NCBI GenBank assembly: GCA_963830365.1
Contig: CAWHMU010000042.1
Location: 111,250 to 175,249, forward strand
DNA length: 64,000 nucleotides
Direction of reading: 5' to 3'
DNA from: an uncultured Chlamydiae bacterium
GTDB taxonomy: Bacteria; Chlamydiota; Chlamydiia; Chlamydiales; Parachlamydiaceae
Position numbers and translations under genes: made by a program. Shown here one piece after another: positions 50,873-61,749 of this stretch. The notes beneath the pieces are model-generated. The model ran no database searches and was not told the origin of the DNA. It worked only from the letters and a program-made list of their open reading frames with translations. Numbering within the stretch: the first letter of the stretch is position 1; each line of letters begins with the position of its first letter.

Positions 50873-51136
50873 ATGAGCGCCGATGAAGCAAACAAGACAC
50901 TGAAGCAAGACCTTCAAGAAACCCGCGACGACCTCAGGCGTGCCGCAGACGAGATCAAGGTGAAGCTGCACCTCGCCGGCATGGACGCGAAAGACGCCTG
51001 GGAAGAGATCCAGCCACGCATTGCAGATTTCGAGCGACGCTTTGACTCGAAGGCGGACGAGGTCGGCGAGGAGCTCAAAGCGCTCGGGCACGAGATCAAA
51101 CAGCGCCTGGCCAACATCAAGTCCAAGCTCGGCTAG
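50873..51136 (+). CDS. Small helical hypothetical protein
   Basis: AAGGAG RBS; DEIKVKLHLAGMDAKDAW. Confidence 0.75.
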   Translation: MSADEANKTLKQDLQETRDDLRRAADEIKVKLHLAGMDAKDAWEEIQPRIADFERRFDSKADEVGEELKALGHEIKQRLANIKSKLG

Positions 51137-51171
51137 GAGTCGCTTCGGCTTCGGCTCGCGCCATCCAGCTG

Positions 51172-51627
51172 CTAAGCGCCGGGTTCGACCTGCTCGCGCA
51201 CGACGAACACGCTGCAAGGCGCATGGCGTACGGTGGCTTCGGCCACGCTGCCCAGCAGGCGGCGCAACACACCGGTGCGTCCATGCGAGCCGACGACGAT
51301 CAGGCTGGCCCTGGTCTCTTTCGCGATTTTGCAAATCGCCATCGAAGGATGCGAGCTCGGGATGGCGTCGTATTGCACGTCGGTGTCGGCCAAGTGCCCG
51401 AAGTAGTGGTGGCGGGCTTCTCTGAGCCGGTGCATCGAGCTCTCGTCCCAGGCCTCGCGATCGCCTGGCGCGACCGGCGGGCTGCCCAGCCCCGTCGCTC
51501 GCTTGGGATCATAGGTGTGTATGAGGAACACGCGCGCTCCATCGCGCCCTGCGATCTCGGCGGCCCGCGCGAGGGCGAGTTCGGAGCAGGACGAAAAATC
51601 GGTGCAAACAAGGATCAGTGGCTTCAT
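51172..51627 (-). CDS. Universal stress protein
   Basis: ILVCTDFS, LIVVGSHGRTG...LLGSVAE..VRHAPCSVFVV. Confidence 0.93.
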   Translation of the reverse strand: MKPLILVCTDFSSCSELALARAAEIAGRDGARVFLIHTYDPKRATGLGSPPVAPGDREAWDESSMHRLREARHHYFGHLADTDVQYDAIPSSHPSMAICKIAKETRASLIVVGSHGRTGVLRRLLGSVAEATVRHAPCSVFVVREQVEPGA

Positions 51628-51638
51628 TTCTCGGGAGC

Positions 51639-52697
51639 CTAACTTAGGTCGAGCAGGATCTTCCCTGCTCGCCCTGGCCTTCGTGCGTGCGTGAGCGCTT
51701 CGTGTAGCGCATCCAGACGATAGGTTTGTTCGACCGGCGTGCCAAGCACGCCGCTTTCGATGAGCTTTGCGGTCTTGCGGACCAGGCCGAGGCGCTGAAA
51801 GAGCGTTCGCTTGGCGAGGTACGCAGCCAAGTAGAACCCCTCGACGCTCGTCATCGGCATCATGATATCGCGCGGCGGAAGCGAGATCGGCTCGCGGCTC
51901 AACGTGCCATAACAAACCATGCGTCCGCCCGGGGAGAGCGCTCGCAGCGCCTCCGAACCGGTCGGGCCACCGACGCAATCGAGAACGTAGTCGACACCTC
52001 CGGGCACAATGCGATGCACGGCGTCGAGCAAGTCCTCGTCTTCCAATGCCACGACGTGCTTCGCGTTTCCCTGCTTCAAACGCTCTGCGCCCGACCGGCT
52101 GCGGACCACGTCGATGACGCGAAAGCCATCCGCGCGGGCGAGGTTCCGAACCATCTGGGAGAGCGCAGACCCCGCCGCGGTTTGCAGCAGCACGGACCCT
52201 CTCGGAACCTGAAGCACGTGTCTCACGAGCACCAGCGCGGTGAGTGGGTTCACGAAAAACGAGCAAGCCTGAGCGTCGCTCAACGAGCGCGGCACAGGAA
52301 ACGCGCGGCGTGCATCGATGAGCGTTTGCTCCTGCCAGGTCCCGTGGGGCGGCCCGCTGACCACCGCGACTCGTTTCCCGACCAGCCGGCCACCGAGAAA
52401 ACCGCCGCCGGACTCCTCGACGATGCCCAGCCCTTCGACGCCGAGGGCATACGGCGGGCGCGGGAACGGCTCCGAAGATCCCGGACTGTCGGTCGGCCGC
52501 TCCGCCCCGCGATTCCAAATCATCCGAGCAAACGAGCGCTCGTAGATTCCATCCATGTAGTTGAAATCCGAAGGATTGACCGGCGCCATCTTCATGCGGA
52601 CGCGCACTTGGCCTGCGGCGGGCCGAGGCACTGGGGACTCGCGGACCTCGACGGTGCTTGGGTCGTCCGAAAACGCATCGATGCATGCAGACTTCAT
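51639..52697 (-). CDS. MDR-family (enoyl-reductase-like) oxidoreductase
   Basis: PVNPSD, GVEGLG, GTWQE, VNPLTA, DCVGG, GKILL. Confidence 0.9.
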   Translation of the reverse strand: MKSACIDAFSDDPSTVEVRESPVPRPAAGQVRVRMKMAPVNPSDFNYMDGIYERSFARMIWNRGAERPTDSPGSSEPFPRPPYALGVEGLGIVEESGGGFLGGRLVGKRVAVVSGPPHGTWQEQTLIDARRAFPVPRSLSDAQACSFFVNPLTALVLVRHVLQVPRGSVLLQTAAGSALSQMVRNLARADGFRVIDVVRSRSGAERLKQGNAKHVVALEDEDLLDAVHRIVPGGVDYVLDCVGGPTGSEALRALSPGGRMVCYGTLSREPISLPPRDIMMPMTSVEGFYLAAYLAKRTLFQRLGLVRKTAKLIESGVLGTPVEQTYRLDALHEALTHARRPGRAGKILLDLS

Positions 52698-52700
52698 GGC

Positions 52701-53510
52701 TCATTCCCCTTTGGGGCCGGTGAGCCCGCTCGGCATCGAAAACGGCCAGTTGGAATCGACCGTGCCACCGTCGACTTCGAGAATCTTTCCGGTCACCCAG
52801 CTTCCCGCGTCGGACAGCAAATAGAGCGCGGCGGCGCCGATGTCTTCGACGGTGCCAAGCCGGCGCATCGGCGTCAGCTTCTCCATCTGCTTGGCCAGCG
52901 CCTTGTCGGCCGTCACCATCGCCAGCGCATCGGTTTGCGTCGCACCGACGGCAATCGCGTTGACCCGGACGTGGGGCGCCCACTCGTGCGCAAGGAGCCG
53001 CGTCATGTGCGACATCGCGGCTTTCGCCGTGCCGTACGCCACGAAGCCATTGTCGACCAAATGGGAAAGGCCCGAGGTGATGTTGACGATAGCCCCGTGG
53101 CCGCGTTCTGCCATCGAGGGGGCCAAGGCGCGCGACATGTGAAGCGCAGTCGTCACGTTGAAGTGAAACGCCTTGTCGAGCTCATCGTCGGTGCATAGCA
53201 AGGCGGGCCCCGGAAGCGTGCCTCCGGCGTTGTTCACTAGGAAATCCACCCCACCAAACTCCGCAAGCGCACGCTCCGCGAGGCGCTCGAGCTGTTCCGG
53301 CACCAGGACATCGGTCGGCACCACCAGCGCCCGCCCGCCGTTCTTCTCGACGATGCTTGCGACCTCTTGGAGGGTGTGCTCGCGGCGCGCTGCCAGGACG
53401 AGATCGGCCCCCGCCTCTGCCAAGGCGATCGACACCCCACGGCCGATGCCGCGCCCTGCGCCCGTCACCACCGCGACGCGCCCCTCTACTTTGAAGCGAT
53501 CCAAAATCAT
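52701..53510 (-). CDS. SDR-family oxidoreductase
   Basis: TGAGRGIG, NNAG, YGTAK, VDGG. Confidence 0.93.
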   Translation of the reverse strand: MILDRFKVEGRVAVVTGAGRGIGRGVSIALAEAGADLVLAARREHTLQEVASIVEKNGGRALVVPTDVLVPEQLERLAERALAEFGGVDFLVNNAGGTLPGPALLCTDDELDKAFHFNVTTALHMSRALAPSMAERGHGAIVNITSGLSHLVDNGFVAYGTAKAAMSHMTRLLAHEWAPHVRVNAIAVGATQTDALAMVTADKALAKQMEKLTPMRRLGTVEDIGAAALYLLSDAGSWVTGKILEVDGGTVDSNWPFSMPSGLTGPKGE

Positions 53511-53600
53511 CTGTAGTCGATCTCCGGCGGGTACTCTCCGGCATTCTTGTGCGTTCTGCAACGGTTGACGTCGCCTCATTGCTCCCCTAGCTTGCTGCGC

Positions 53601-54356
53601 ATGACCTATTGCGTGGCCGTCAAAGTCGATGAAGGGCTCGTTTTCGTCTCGGACTCCCGAACGAACGCCGGGGTCGACCACATCAGCACCTACGCAAAGA
53701 TGCATACCTTCTGCGGGGACGGGACTCGGTTCTTCGCCCTGCTCAGCGCCGGCAATCTCGCGACGAGCCGAGCGGTGGTGACGCGCCTACGCCACGACAT
53801 GGAGGACGGCGCAGAGCTGAGCTTGAACACGGTGAAGCACTTGACCGACGCGGCGGACTACATCGGCCGCCTCAGCCGTGAGGAACAGCAGAAGCACAAC
53901 AAGCGAGTGAAAGACGAACAGTTTCAGGCGGCTGCGAGCTTCATTCTGGGCGGCCAGATCCAAGGGTCGGCGCATTCGATCCTTCTCATTTACTCAGAAG
54001 GCAACTACATCCCGGTCTCCCGTCATTCGCCCTACCTGCAAATTGGCGAGGACAAGTACGGCAAACCGATCCTAGATCGCATCATCGACCACGAGCTCAG
54101 TCTCGAAGTCGCAGGCCGTTGTGCCCTCGTCTCGATGGATTCGACCATGCGAAGCAACGCGAGCGTGGGCCCGCCGATCGACCTCTTGCTCTACTCCGCC
54201 GGGACGCAGCGTTCCGGGAGCCAGGTGACCTTTGGCGAAGACGACGACTACTTGCGCGAGCTCCGGCGCGCATGGCAGGACAGCCTTAATGCCGCCTTCA
54301 TCAAGCTGCCGAAGTTGCCGGTTCCTTCACCGTCCGTTCGTCTAGTCGACGGCTAG
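53601..54356 (+). CDS. Anbu proteasome-type NTN peptidase
   Basis: MTYCVA (Thr1), SDSRTNAGVD, SAGNLAT, QIGE.KYGKPILDR, SMDSTMRSN.SVG.PID. Confidence 0.92.
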   Translation: MTYCVAVKVDEGLVFVSDSRTNAGVDHISTYAKMHTFCGDGTRFFALLSAGNLATSRAVVTRLRHDMEDGAELSLNTVKHLTDAADYIGRLSREEQQKHNKRVKDEQFQAAASFILGGQIQGSAHSILLIYSEGNYIPVSRHSPYLQIGEDKYGKPILDRIIDHELSLEVAGRCALVSMDSTMRSNASVGPPIDLLLYSAGTQRSGSQVTFGEDDDYLRELRRAWQDSLNAAFIKLPKLPVPSPSVRLVDG

Positions 54357-54365
54357 CGAACACGC

Positions 54366-56474
54366 TCATCGGCCGGGCGGCTGCCGTCGAAGGTCGAGCG
54401 TGTAGTGGTTCTCGGCAGAGTAGACCGGCTCATTGGGGATGCGCGTCGTGCCCAGGCGCCGCTTCGATGGCCGCCATCTTGCAAGCTGACGCGCCAGCGC
54501 CTCGGCTCGATCGGCTGGCGGGCCGTCGTAGCGCGGAGCGTCGGGGTTCCAGTAGTAGTATCGGCTGGCGGCAATGACCCGATCCGCCCCGTCGACGACT
54601 TCGATTTCCAACGGTGACTGCACCGGGATGTGCGGGTGGAACGCAGGCCAGCCACCTGCCGACTTGTAGCGCACACCCGCCACGAGCGTGCCTTCGATCT
54701 CGCGCATCGCAAGGGCCACTCCGTTCACGAGGACCCGGCTCTCCCCGAGCGCAGCCGGATGCGATGCGGAAACCTCGATACGGTCGGTGGAGTTGTCGAC
54801 GACCCGCGACGTGGTTCCGCCATCGGCAATTTCGGCCATGAGCGGCCAGGGCTCGAGCGCCTGCCGGACCAGCACCTCGCCCCTCTCGAGCCCGAAGCGT
54901 CCAAGCACGGGGAAGCGCTGCTCGAGGAGTGGCTGCAACCAGAGGGGGTCAAAATGGAGCCCCGCCGCCGCCAGGTCCGCGCAAATCGCTCGCAGGTCCT
55001 GCAAGAGGAGGGTCGGAAGCATGTACGCATCGTGAAGCATCGCGCCCCACCGAACGAGGGGCTCGATACGGGGCCTGGTCGCAAGCATCGCGAGGATCGC
55101 TCGAACGAACAGCGCTGCGAGCGACTGCTGGTCGACCTCGGGCAAGGTTGCGAACGCACGAAGCTCGATCAAACCCTGGAGGCCCGTCGGGGAGTCGAAG
55201 TTCCAGAGCTTGTCGACGCAGATCTCCGCTCGGTGCGTGTTGCCGCCGCTGTCGGTCATCAGGTTGCGAAACAGTCGGTCGAAAAAAACGCGATCCGGAG
55301 GCTCCTCGAGCAAGTCGATCCCCAAGCAGGCCGTTTCGAGCTCGTAGAGCTTGCCGACCAAGGTCTCGTCAGCTCGAGGCGCCTGCGACCCCGGTCCGAC
55401 ATACTGACCGGAGAAGAAATACGAAAGCGACGGGTGCTGTTGCCAATAGCGGATGATGCTCGCGATGAGGTCCGGGCGCCGGAAGAAGGGGTTCTCGTCG
55501 AGGCTTGGGCCTCCGAAGAGCACGTGCGCGCCTCCGCCTGTCCCCTGAACCTGACCATTGAGATGGTAGCGCAGGGGGAAGAGCCCCTCCCGCGCCGCAG
55601 CCCGGGTGACCCGACGCAGGATGTCATCGTATTCCCGCCAGGAGCCCGTTGGCGGCAGGTTCACTTCGAGGACGCCCGGGTCCGCCGCAAGTCCGAGCGC
55701 AGTGACCGCAGATGGGCCGGTAGGTCGGTACCCGCAGATCACCAGCGCTTCGGTTCCCGTGCTCACCGCAGCACGCTCGACCACCTCCACCAGTGCGGCA
55801 AAAGCCTCGAGCTCGAGCGGTGGAATGAAGACATCTAGCACACCGTCATGGACCTCCACGGTGAGCGCGCGCCGGAAGTGATGTTCCTCGAGGTCGCCCA
55901 GTGGCAAGCGCAGGCCGAGCGGGCTCTTTCCGGAAACGGCGACGATTGGATCCGTCGCAGAAAACGGCCAGTCATCGGATGCCCAGCCGTCATCGGCCCA
56001 ATCGAGCGGGAGCGCCCAGCCGTGGGGAAATTCGCGCGCGTCCTCTTCGACGCAAGGGATGGCGCGGCCGCCAAGCCCGAGGGCTTCAGCGAGCGCCTCC
56101 ATGAATCGCCGCCCGTCTTCAGCGCGGTTCGAACCCTTCACATCGTCGAGCAGGAAGAGCTCGGGATGGCGCCAAAAGGGCCGTCCGTCGTGTCGATGGA
56201 GCGTCAGCACCACCCATCGCGCAAGAGGCTCGCCCGGGTAGTGCTTTCCATGGACCTGCATGACCAGCCCGCCGGGGTAGAGCTCTAGGAGCAATCGGGA
56301 GGCGAGTCGCCTGGCGTAGCCGAGCTTCTCTGTCCCAAGGGCCTCTTGGTTCCATTCCGGTGCGTCGGGTTTCTCCGGGATGAACGTGGGCTCTCCTCCC
56401 ATGGTGAGCGAAAGCTCCTGCGCATCGAGTAGGGTCTCGATCTTGCGCGCCAGCTCGTCGACTCCCGTGGTCAC
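54366..56474 (-). CDS. DUF2126 putative amidoligase (stand-alone)
   Basis: LTMGGEPTF, YPGEPL.RW, DPGVLEVN, GTGGG.H, GSQAPR.DE, GNTHRAEIC.DKL, TLDLRR; GTG start overlaps the upstream TGA. Confidence 0.85.
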   Translation of the reverse strand: MTTGVDELARKIETLLDAQELSLTMGGEPTFIPEKPDAPEWNQEALGTEKLGYARRLASRLLLELYPGGLVMQVHGKHYPGEPLARWVVLTLHRHDGRPFWRHPELFLLDDVKGSNRAEDGRRFMEALAEALGLGGRAIPCVEEDAREFPHGWALPLDWADDGWASDDWPFSATDPIVAVSGKSPLGLRLPLGDLEEHHFRRALTVEVHDGVLDVFIPPLELEAFAALVEVVERAAVSTGTEALVICGYRPTGPSAVTALGLAADPGVLEVNLPPTGSWREYDDILRRVTRAAAREGLFPLRYHLNGQVQGTGGGAHVLFGGPSLDENPFFRRPDLIASIIRYWQQHPSLSYFFSGQYVGPGSQAPRADETLVGKLYELETACLGIDLLEEPPDRVFFDRLFRNLMTDSGGNTHRAEICVDKLWNFDSPTGLQGLIELRAFATLPEVDQQSLAALFVRAILAMLATRPRIEPLVRWGAMLHDAYMLPTLLLQDLRAICADLAAAGLHFDPLWLQPLLEQRFPVLGRFGLERGEVLVRQALEPWPLMAEIADGGTTSRVVDNSTDRIEVSASHPAALGESRVLVNGVALAMREIEGTLVAGVRYKSAGGWPAFHPHIPVQSPLEIEVVDGADRVIAASRYYYWNPDAPRYDGPPADRAEALARQLARWRPSKRRLGTTRIPNEPVYSAENHYTLDLRRQPPGR

Positions 56475-57352
56475 ACGTCGCCGCTGACGGTCAGGCGCAC
56501 ACTCATCTCGGAGGCGACCCGGCCGGGGTGGAGATACTGCCCTTGGATCGGATTGACCCATTCCGGACGGTTCGCCACGGCGGCGGGCAGGAAGCGGTGG
56601 TCGGTGAGGATCCCGTTGGTGGGGTCGAAGCCACGCCAGCCCGCGCCCGGGAGATACACCTCGGCCCAGGCGTGCATCGAGCCGGCTGCACGGTTGAACC
56701 CCGCTGTTCCGTCCAGAGGTGGGGGCTCATATACATACCCGCTCACGAACCGCGCAGCGAGACCGAGTTGTCGGCTCGATGCGACCAGCAGCTCGGCCAT
56801 GTCGCGGCAAGACCCGCTGCCAAGCCCGACCGTGTCGTTTGCGCTCTGCGTTCCTTCCTCGTCGCGACGCTGATAGGCGATGTTCCGATGAATGGCGAGG
56901 TTGAGGTCCGTGAGAAACGAAATCGTGTCCCGGCTCTGCGCCGAAAGACCGGCCGTGCCGCGGATCCAATCCAAGATCTTCCAGCGCTCCGATTCCTCGG
57001 GCTCGAGGTACGGCCGGAGCGCACTCTTCTCGCGATCGTCGTAGCGGAACGGAAACTCGTGCGCGCGGGGCTCCAGGATGAAATCGAACGGGTTCTCTTC
57101 GACGACGTCGAACGCCATCCGGCAATGGAAAGAGAGCAAGGGCGCCTCGGCGAGACCAAAGCTCGCCACGGCCACGACGTTGTTGAAACAGTCGCGCATC
57201 CAACGGACCTTGGCCTGCGGCGCGCAATCAAGCGCGAACGAGGCGACGTGGACCGTCTGGCTTTCGCGCGGGCGCAGGTACAGCGAATGCTCGCCGAATC
57301 CTACCGGACGCTCGTACCGATACTCGGTCAGATGGTCAACCGCGATCCTCAT
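56471..57352 (-). CDS. Transglutaminase-family protein
   Basis: H.T.Y.Y N-terminal domain; GSCRD, HAWAEVY, FDPTN triad. Confidence 0.92.
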   Translation of the reverse strand: MRIAVDHLTEYRYERPVGFGEHSLYLRPRESQTVHVASFALDCAPQAKVRWMRDCFNNVVAVASFGLAEAPLLSFHCRMAFDVVEENPFDFILEPRAHEFPFRYDDREKSALRPYLEPEESERWKILDWIRGTAGLSAQSRDTISFLTDLNLAIHRNIAYQRRDEEGTQSANDTVGLGSGSCRDMAELLVASSRQLGLAARFVSGYVYEPPPLDGTAGFNRAAGSMHAWAEVYLPGAGWRGFDPTNGILTDHRFLPAAVANRPEWVNPIQGQYLHPGRVASEMSVRLTVSGDV

Positions 57353-57444
57353 GGGATCTGGAGTAGCAGGTTTGAGGGGCGTGTGTGATTTCTATTTGGT
57401 TTCGTCGGCATGTCTGCCGGGCAACATCGTCCCGCGGAGAGGCT

Positions 57445-59289
57445 CTATTGCTGCGCCTGTTGCGACTGCTGCGGTTCGTCCGGTGGCGCCTCATCTATCC
57501 GTGTGACGCGCACCGAAACGTCGAGTCGCTCGCCGTGCCCCCCTGCGTAGAGAGTTCCCGCCGTGGGGGTGGCATCGCGGTAGTTTCGCCCCGTCGCGAC
57601 GCGAATGTGATCGAGGTCGACCAGGCAGCCGTTGGTCGGGTCGAAGCCCCGCCAACCCACCGAGGGCAAGTAAACCTCCGCCCATGCATGGGAGGCTTCG
57701 GATTGAATCTGATTGTGGTAGGCCGCGCCGGTGTGAATGTAGCCCACTCGATAGCGCGCCGGAACACCAAGCAAGCGCGCGAGGCAGATGAACAAGTTCG
57801 CGAAGTCCTGACAGACACCGCGCCGCTCTTGGAAGACGTCGAACGGTGAAGTCTCGAGCGTGGTCGCGCCTGGAATGTATTTGAAGTCGCGGTGCAGTAC
57901 TTCATTCAGGTCGATGAGCGTCTCGAGAAGATCGTACGAGCGGCGCGCCGCAAAGCTCATCCCAAACCCGGAAAGCTCGCGCAGCTCCGTTTCCGGAAGC
58001 TCGGGCGGCAGCAAGAACGGGTTCATCATCTGACGCTGCCAAGGCATCCAAACCAGCGGGATGCTCGTGCTTGGAAGCGCAGAGTGCGTGTCGACGTGGA
58101 AGACCCGGGCCTTCGAATGAGATCGCACCCAAAGCTCGGTGTAAGGCTGGTTGATTTGAAAGCTCAGCACGTGGTTGCCAAAGACATCCTCGTACGAATA
58201 CGCCTGCCCCGGTGGGGAAATCTCAAGCTTGTATTCGAGCACGTCTTGGGTGAGATCGCGGACCGGTTGAAGGCGCACGGTGTGCGACGAGGTTTCGACC
58301 GGCGTTTGGTAGCGATAGACCGTCTCGTGCGTGATGTCATAGGTGTGCCAGTTGCCCTTCTGGGCCGCGAGAGTCGGCAAGCCGGGCGCCGGCATCGAAT
58401 CCGAAGAACGTGCGGCCGGTGTCGCCTTCACGCGAGGTGCGTCCGACTTGGCCTGAACCCAACTGGGCGCGCCAGTCCGTGCCGAGGAACGCGGCTGCTG
58501 CTGAGCCCTTTCTCCCGTCTCGATCACTTGCCCGCGACTGATGACCCGCATCTCTCCGGGTTTGAGCTGCGACCAGGCCTCGGCCGAGAGCGGGCGCGTC
58601 GACACGACCGTCGACGTGCGATTCTCGTCGAGCGCGTTCGAGAGGTCGAGCTCGAGGAAGGTCCGACTCGAGCTCGCAGACGGGGGCGGGGGGCGCCGAA
58701 GATAGTGTAACTCGTTGAAACCGGTCTGATCGTGATAGGCGACGACGTGCAGCCCGTCGCTCCAGATAAGTTGAGCGTCCCAAGTCGATTGAGCTCCGCA
58801 GCCAAGCACCGACGGTCTGCCAGCCAAGATCGGCAAAGCTACGCGCCCCTGTGAGGCGCGAACCTGACCCATCAACCAGCACAGTGCGTGCTCCGAATCG
58901 GTATGACCGACAGGTTCGAAGCCGAGTCGCTCGTCGAGCGGCAACGTCACGCTCAGATTCCGCCCGAGGTCTCCGTTGTGTGCAAATATCCAGTCGCGTC
59001 CCGCATGGCTGCGCACAAACGGATGGGTGTCGGTGAATGATCGCCCGCGATGAGTGCCACTGTGGCAAACAAAGACACTCGACCGAAAACGATCCCAGCG
59101 CTGGACCGCCGTGGCGACCGCCGTGTCGTATTCGACGTGGGGATCCTTGAGCACCGATGCGCCGACGCCATCCCTCGGATACCAGGCGAAACCCCAACCG
59201 TCGGGTCGGTTTCCCTTCTTGAAGTGGATTGTCGGGGAAGCCGGGCTGTCAAAAGAAATCGCGAGGAGATCACTGTTGAGCTGCTGCAC
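57445..59289 (-). CDS. Fusion of class II (NTN) glutamine amidotransferase-like domain and transglutaminase
   Basis: PDGWGFAWY, THPF, FAHNG, G.TDSEH, then GVCQDF, HAWAEVY, FDPTN; probable compensating frameshifts at ~58680-58850. Confidence 0.82.
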   Translation of the reverse strand: MQQLNSDLLAISFDSPASPTIHFKKGNRPDGWGFAWYPRDGVGASVLKDPHVEYDTAVATAVQRWDRFRSSVFVCHSGTHRGRSFTDTHPFVRSHAGRDWIFAHNGDLGRNLSVTLPLDERLGFEPVGHTDSEHALCWLMGQVRASQGRVALPILAGRPSVLGCGAQSTWDAQLIWSDGLHVVAYHDQTGFNELHYLRRPPPPSASSSRTFLELDLSNALDENRTSTVVSTRPLSAEAWSQLKPGEMRVISRGQVIETGERAQQQPRSSARTGAPSWVQAKSDAPRVKATPAARSSDSMPAPGLPTLAAQKGNWHTYDITHETVYRYQTPVETSSHTVRLQPVRDLTQDVLEYKLEISPPGQAYSYEDVFGNHVLSFQINQPYTELWVRSHSKARVFHVDTHSALPSTSIPLVWMPWQRQMMNPFLLPPELPETELRELSGFGMSFAARRSYDLLETLIDLNEVLHRDFKYIPGATTLETSPFDVFQERRGVCQDFANLFICLARLLGVPARYRVGYIHTGAAYHNQIQSEASHAWAEVYLPSVGWRGFDPTNGCLVDLDHIRVATGRNYRDATPTAGTLYAGGHGERLDVSVRVTRIDEAPPDEPQQSQQAQQ

Positions 59290-60269
59290 TCTGGTCCTCC
59301 CCAAGAATCTGAGCCTGGAGCGCGGTCGACTGGAAAAACTCCTGCTCGATCGAAGCGCAAAGGTCGGTCAGCGATTCCACCAGATATGTCAGCTCATCGT
59401 GGAGATCCGCTCCGATGATGGTTTTGACCTTCCCGCAAGGCGACATGGCTCAGCAGCGCCTCCAAAAGGGCGGTTGACACCATTCCCGATACGATTCGAC
59501 CCATACCCGCGAACCTGAACCAGGGAATGGCGTGCGGCGCGCAGGCAATGGGACACGGAACGCGGCAGATCGGCTCAAAGAGCAGAAAGCCTACGACCTC
59601 CCGAGCGGTCGGCGTGCCGAACGAGCGCTTTTGAAACGGCTCGGTCGCGGAACAGCATGCGAGCAAGGCAGACCATTGTGCGAGGCGAATGGGGTCATCG
59701 ATGGCGCCCTCGTCAGGGAATGTGTGGTAGTGCACGTCCATCAGACGCGCGGTCTGCCCGGCTCGCTCGAGATATCGCCCGAGACGCATGAACGCCAAGG
59801 GTTCGCCGTTGAGCATGGTTTCGTCGGCCTGCCCATGGAAGAGCTCGCCCATCGCTCGGATGTGCTGATAGAAATGGTCTCGGTCGGAGCGATAGAGGCG
59901 GCGCCCGGGCCCACCCTGAAGCCAGTGCCAGAGGGAGTTGAGCGTCTCCCACATCTCCGAGCTCACGATCTCGCGCGCCGTCCGAGCGTTCTCCCGCGCC
60001 CAGCGCACCGACTCAACCACGGACGTCGTGTTCCGACTGTCCCAGGTTAGATATTCCTGAACCGTCTCACCGTTCTCGTCCTCGCCAAAGTGGCGAAGGT
60101 ATTGCTCTTCCTCGCCAGCGACGACGATCATCGGATGCCAGCGATGCAGATGTGGCAAGTCGACCCCGGGCACGAACGCGCGATTCACCCGCAAAAGGCG
60201 CGCCATGCTCCCCGCCCGTTCCATGTAGCGGTTGAGCCAGAAGCAGTTGCCCGCAACCCGGGAAATCAT
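59270..60269 (-). CDS. Alpha-E domain protein (frameshifted near the 3' end)
   Basis: MISRVA...[35 protein letters not shown]. Confidence 0.88.
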
Positions 60270-61749
60270 ATTGAGGGCCCCTCCAGTACCCAGGTGTCCT
60301 TCGACCCACCGCCTTGGCTCGAGTTCACGACGTAAGACCCGGCCTTGAGCGCAACCCGGGTTAATCCGCCTGGCAAAACCCAGCTCCGTTTGCCGGTCAC
60401 GACGAAGGGCCGGAGGTCCACCCGCCGAGTCGCCGCTCCCCATCGACCCAGGTTGGGCAGGTCGACAGCTCGACGACCGGCTGCGCGATGTAGCCCTCGG
60501 GGTGTCGCGGATCTTTTCGGCGAACTCGCGATCTCGCTTCGGCTCGCGCGGGGCCCAACAGCATCCCGTAGCCGCCGCATCCGTCGACCGCTTTGACGAC
60601 CAGCGTCCCGAGGTCTCGAGCACGTACTGGCAGTCGTCTGGCGCGCGCAGACGTAGGTCTCGACCTGGGGGAGGATCGGCTTCCTCCCCGAGGTAGAAAG
60701 CGGATCATGTCGGGCACGAACGGGTACACGCCCTTGTCGTCCGCCACGCCGTTGCCGACGCATTCAGGTCGGCGACGTTTCCGGCCGCCCAGGCGCCGAT
60801 CAATCCGGGCACGCCGAGCAAGCTGTCCTTGCGAAACACGTCGGGGTCGAGGAACTCGTCGTCGATTCGCCGATAGATGACGTCGATCGGCGCCGGTCCG
60901 TGAGTCGTCTTCGCATACACGCGCCGGTCGTCGACGAAGAGGTCGCTGCCCTGGACGAGTTCGCAGCCGATGCGCCGCGCGAGGTAGCTGTGCTCGAAGT
61001 AGGCGGAGTTGTAGGGGCCGGGCGTCAGCACGACCATGCGGTTGCGGCCCCCCTCGCCCGGAGCCACCGCGTTCATCGCTTCGCGCAGCTTGTGGGGATA
61101 GCTCTCGACGGCAGCGACCGACGTGTCGCGAAAGATCTCGGGATAGATGCTTCTTCATCGTCTCGCGATTCTCGAGCACGTACGAGACACCGGACGGCAC
61201 GCGGAGGTTGTCTTCGAGAACGACGAAGCGACCCTCGCCGTCGCGGATCAGGTCGACGCCGGCGATGTGGACCCAGACGTCCTTGGGCGGCCGGATGCCC
61301 TTGAGTTCCGGTCGGTAGCCCTTCGAGCCTTCGACGAAGTCGCGCGGGATGACGCCCGCGTTGAGGATCGCCTGGTCTCCGTAGACATCGGCCAGGAAGT
61401 GATTCAGCGCCTTGATGCGCTGTTCGAGACCGGTGGCGACGTGCTGCCACTCGGATGCGGCGATCACGCGCGGAATCAGGTCGAAGGGGAAGATTTCTCT
61501 TGCCCCTTCGAATCGGAATAGACCGAAAACGTGACCCCCCCGCGAAACAGCGCGCCTTCGGCGAGCCGCTGCCTGGTCATGAACTTGAGCCGGCCGAGCT
61601 GGTCGAGCTCCGCCACCAGGTCGGCGACCTCTTCGCGGGACTTCCGTCGCCTCGAAAAGCTCATCGTAGGTCCTGGGCAGGGGTGCGTAACCGTCGAGCA
61701 GCGTCGTATCCCCGGCCAGGCCAACGGTCTGCTTAATTTTCGCTGGCAT
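60266..61749 (-). CDS. Circularly permuted type 2 ATP-grasp protein (several frameshifts)
   Basis: [75 protein letters not shown]. Confidence 0.9.

Noticed and set aside
51172..57388. Long overlapping and antisense ORFs (e.g. 51726..53198, 54630..55838, 56528..57388)
   Set aside because: Shadow ORFs expected in high-GC DNA opposite well-supported genes.
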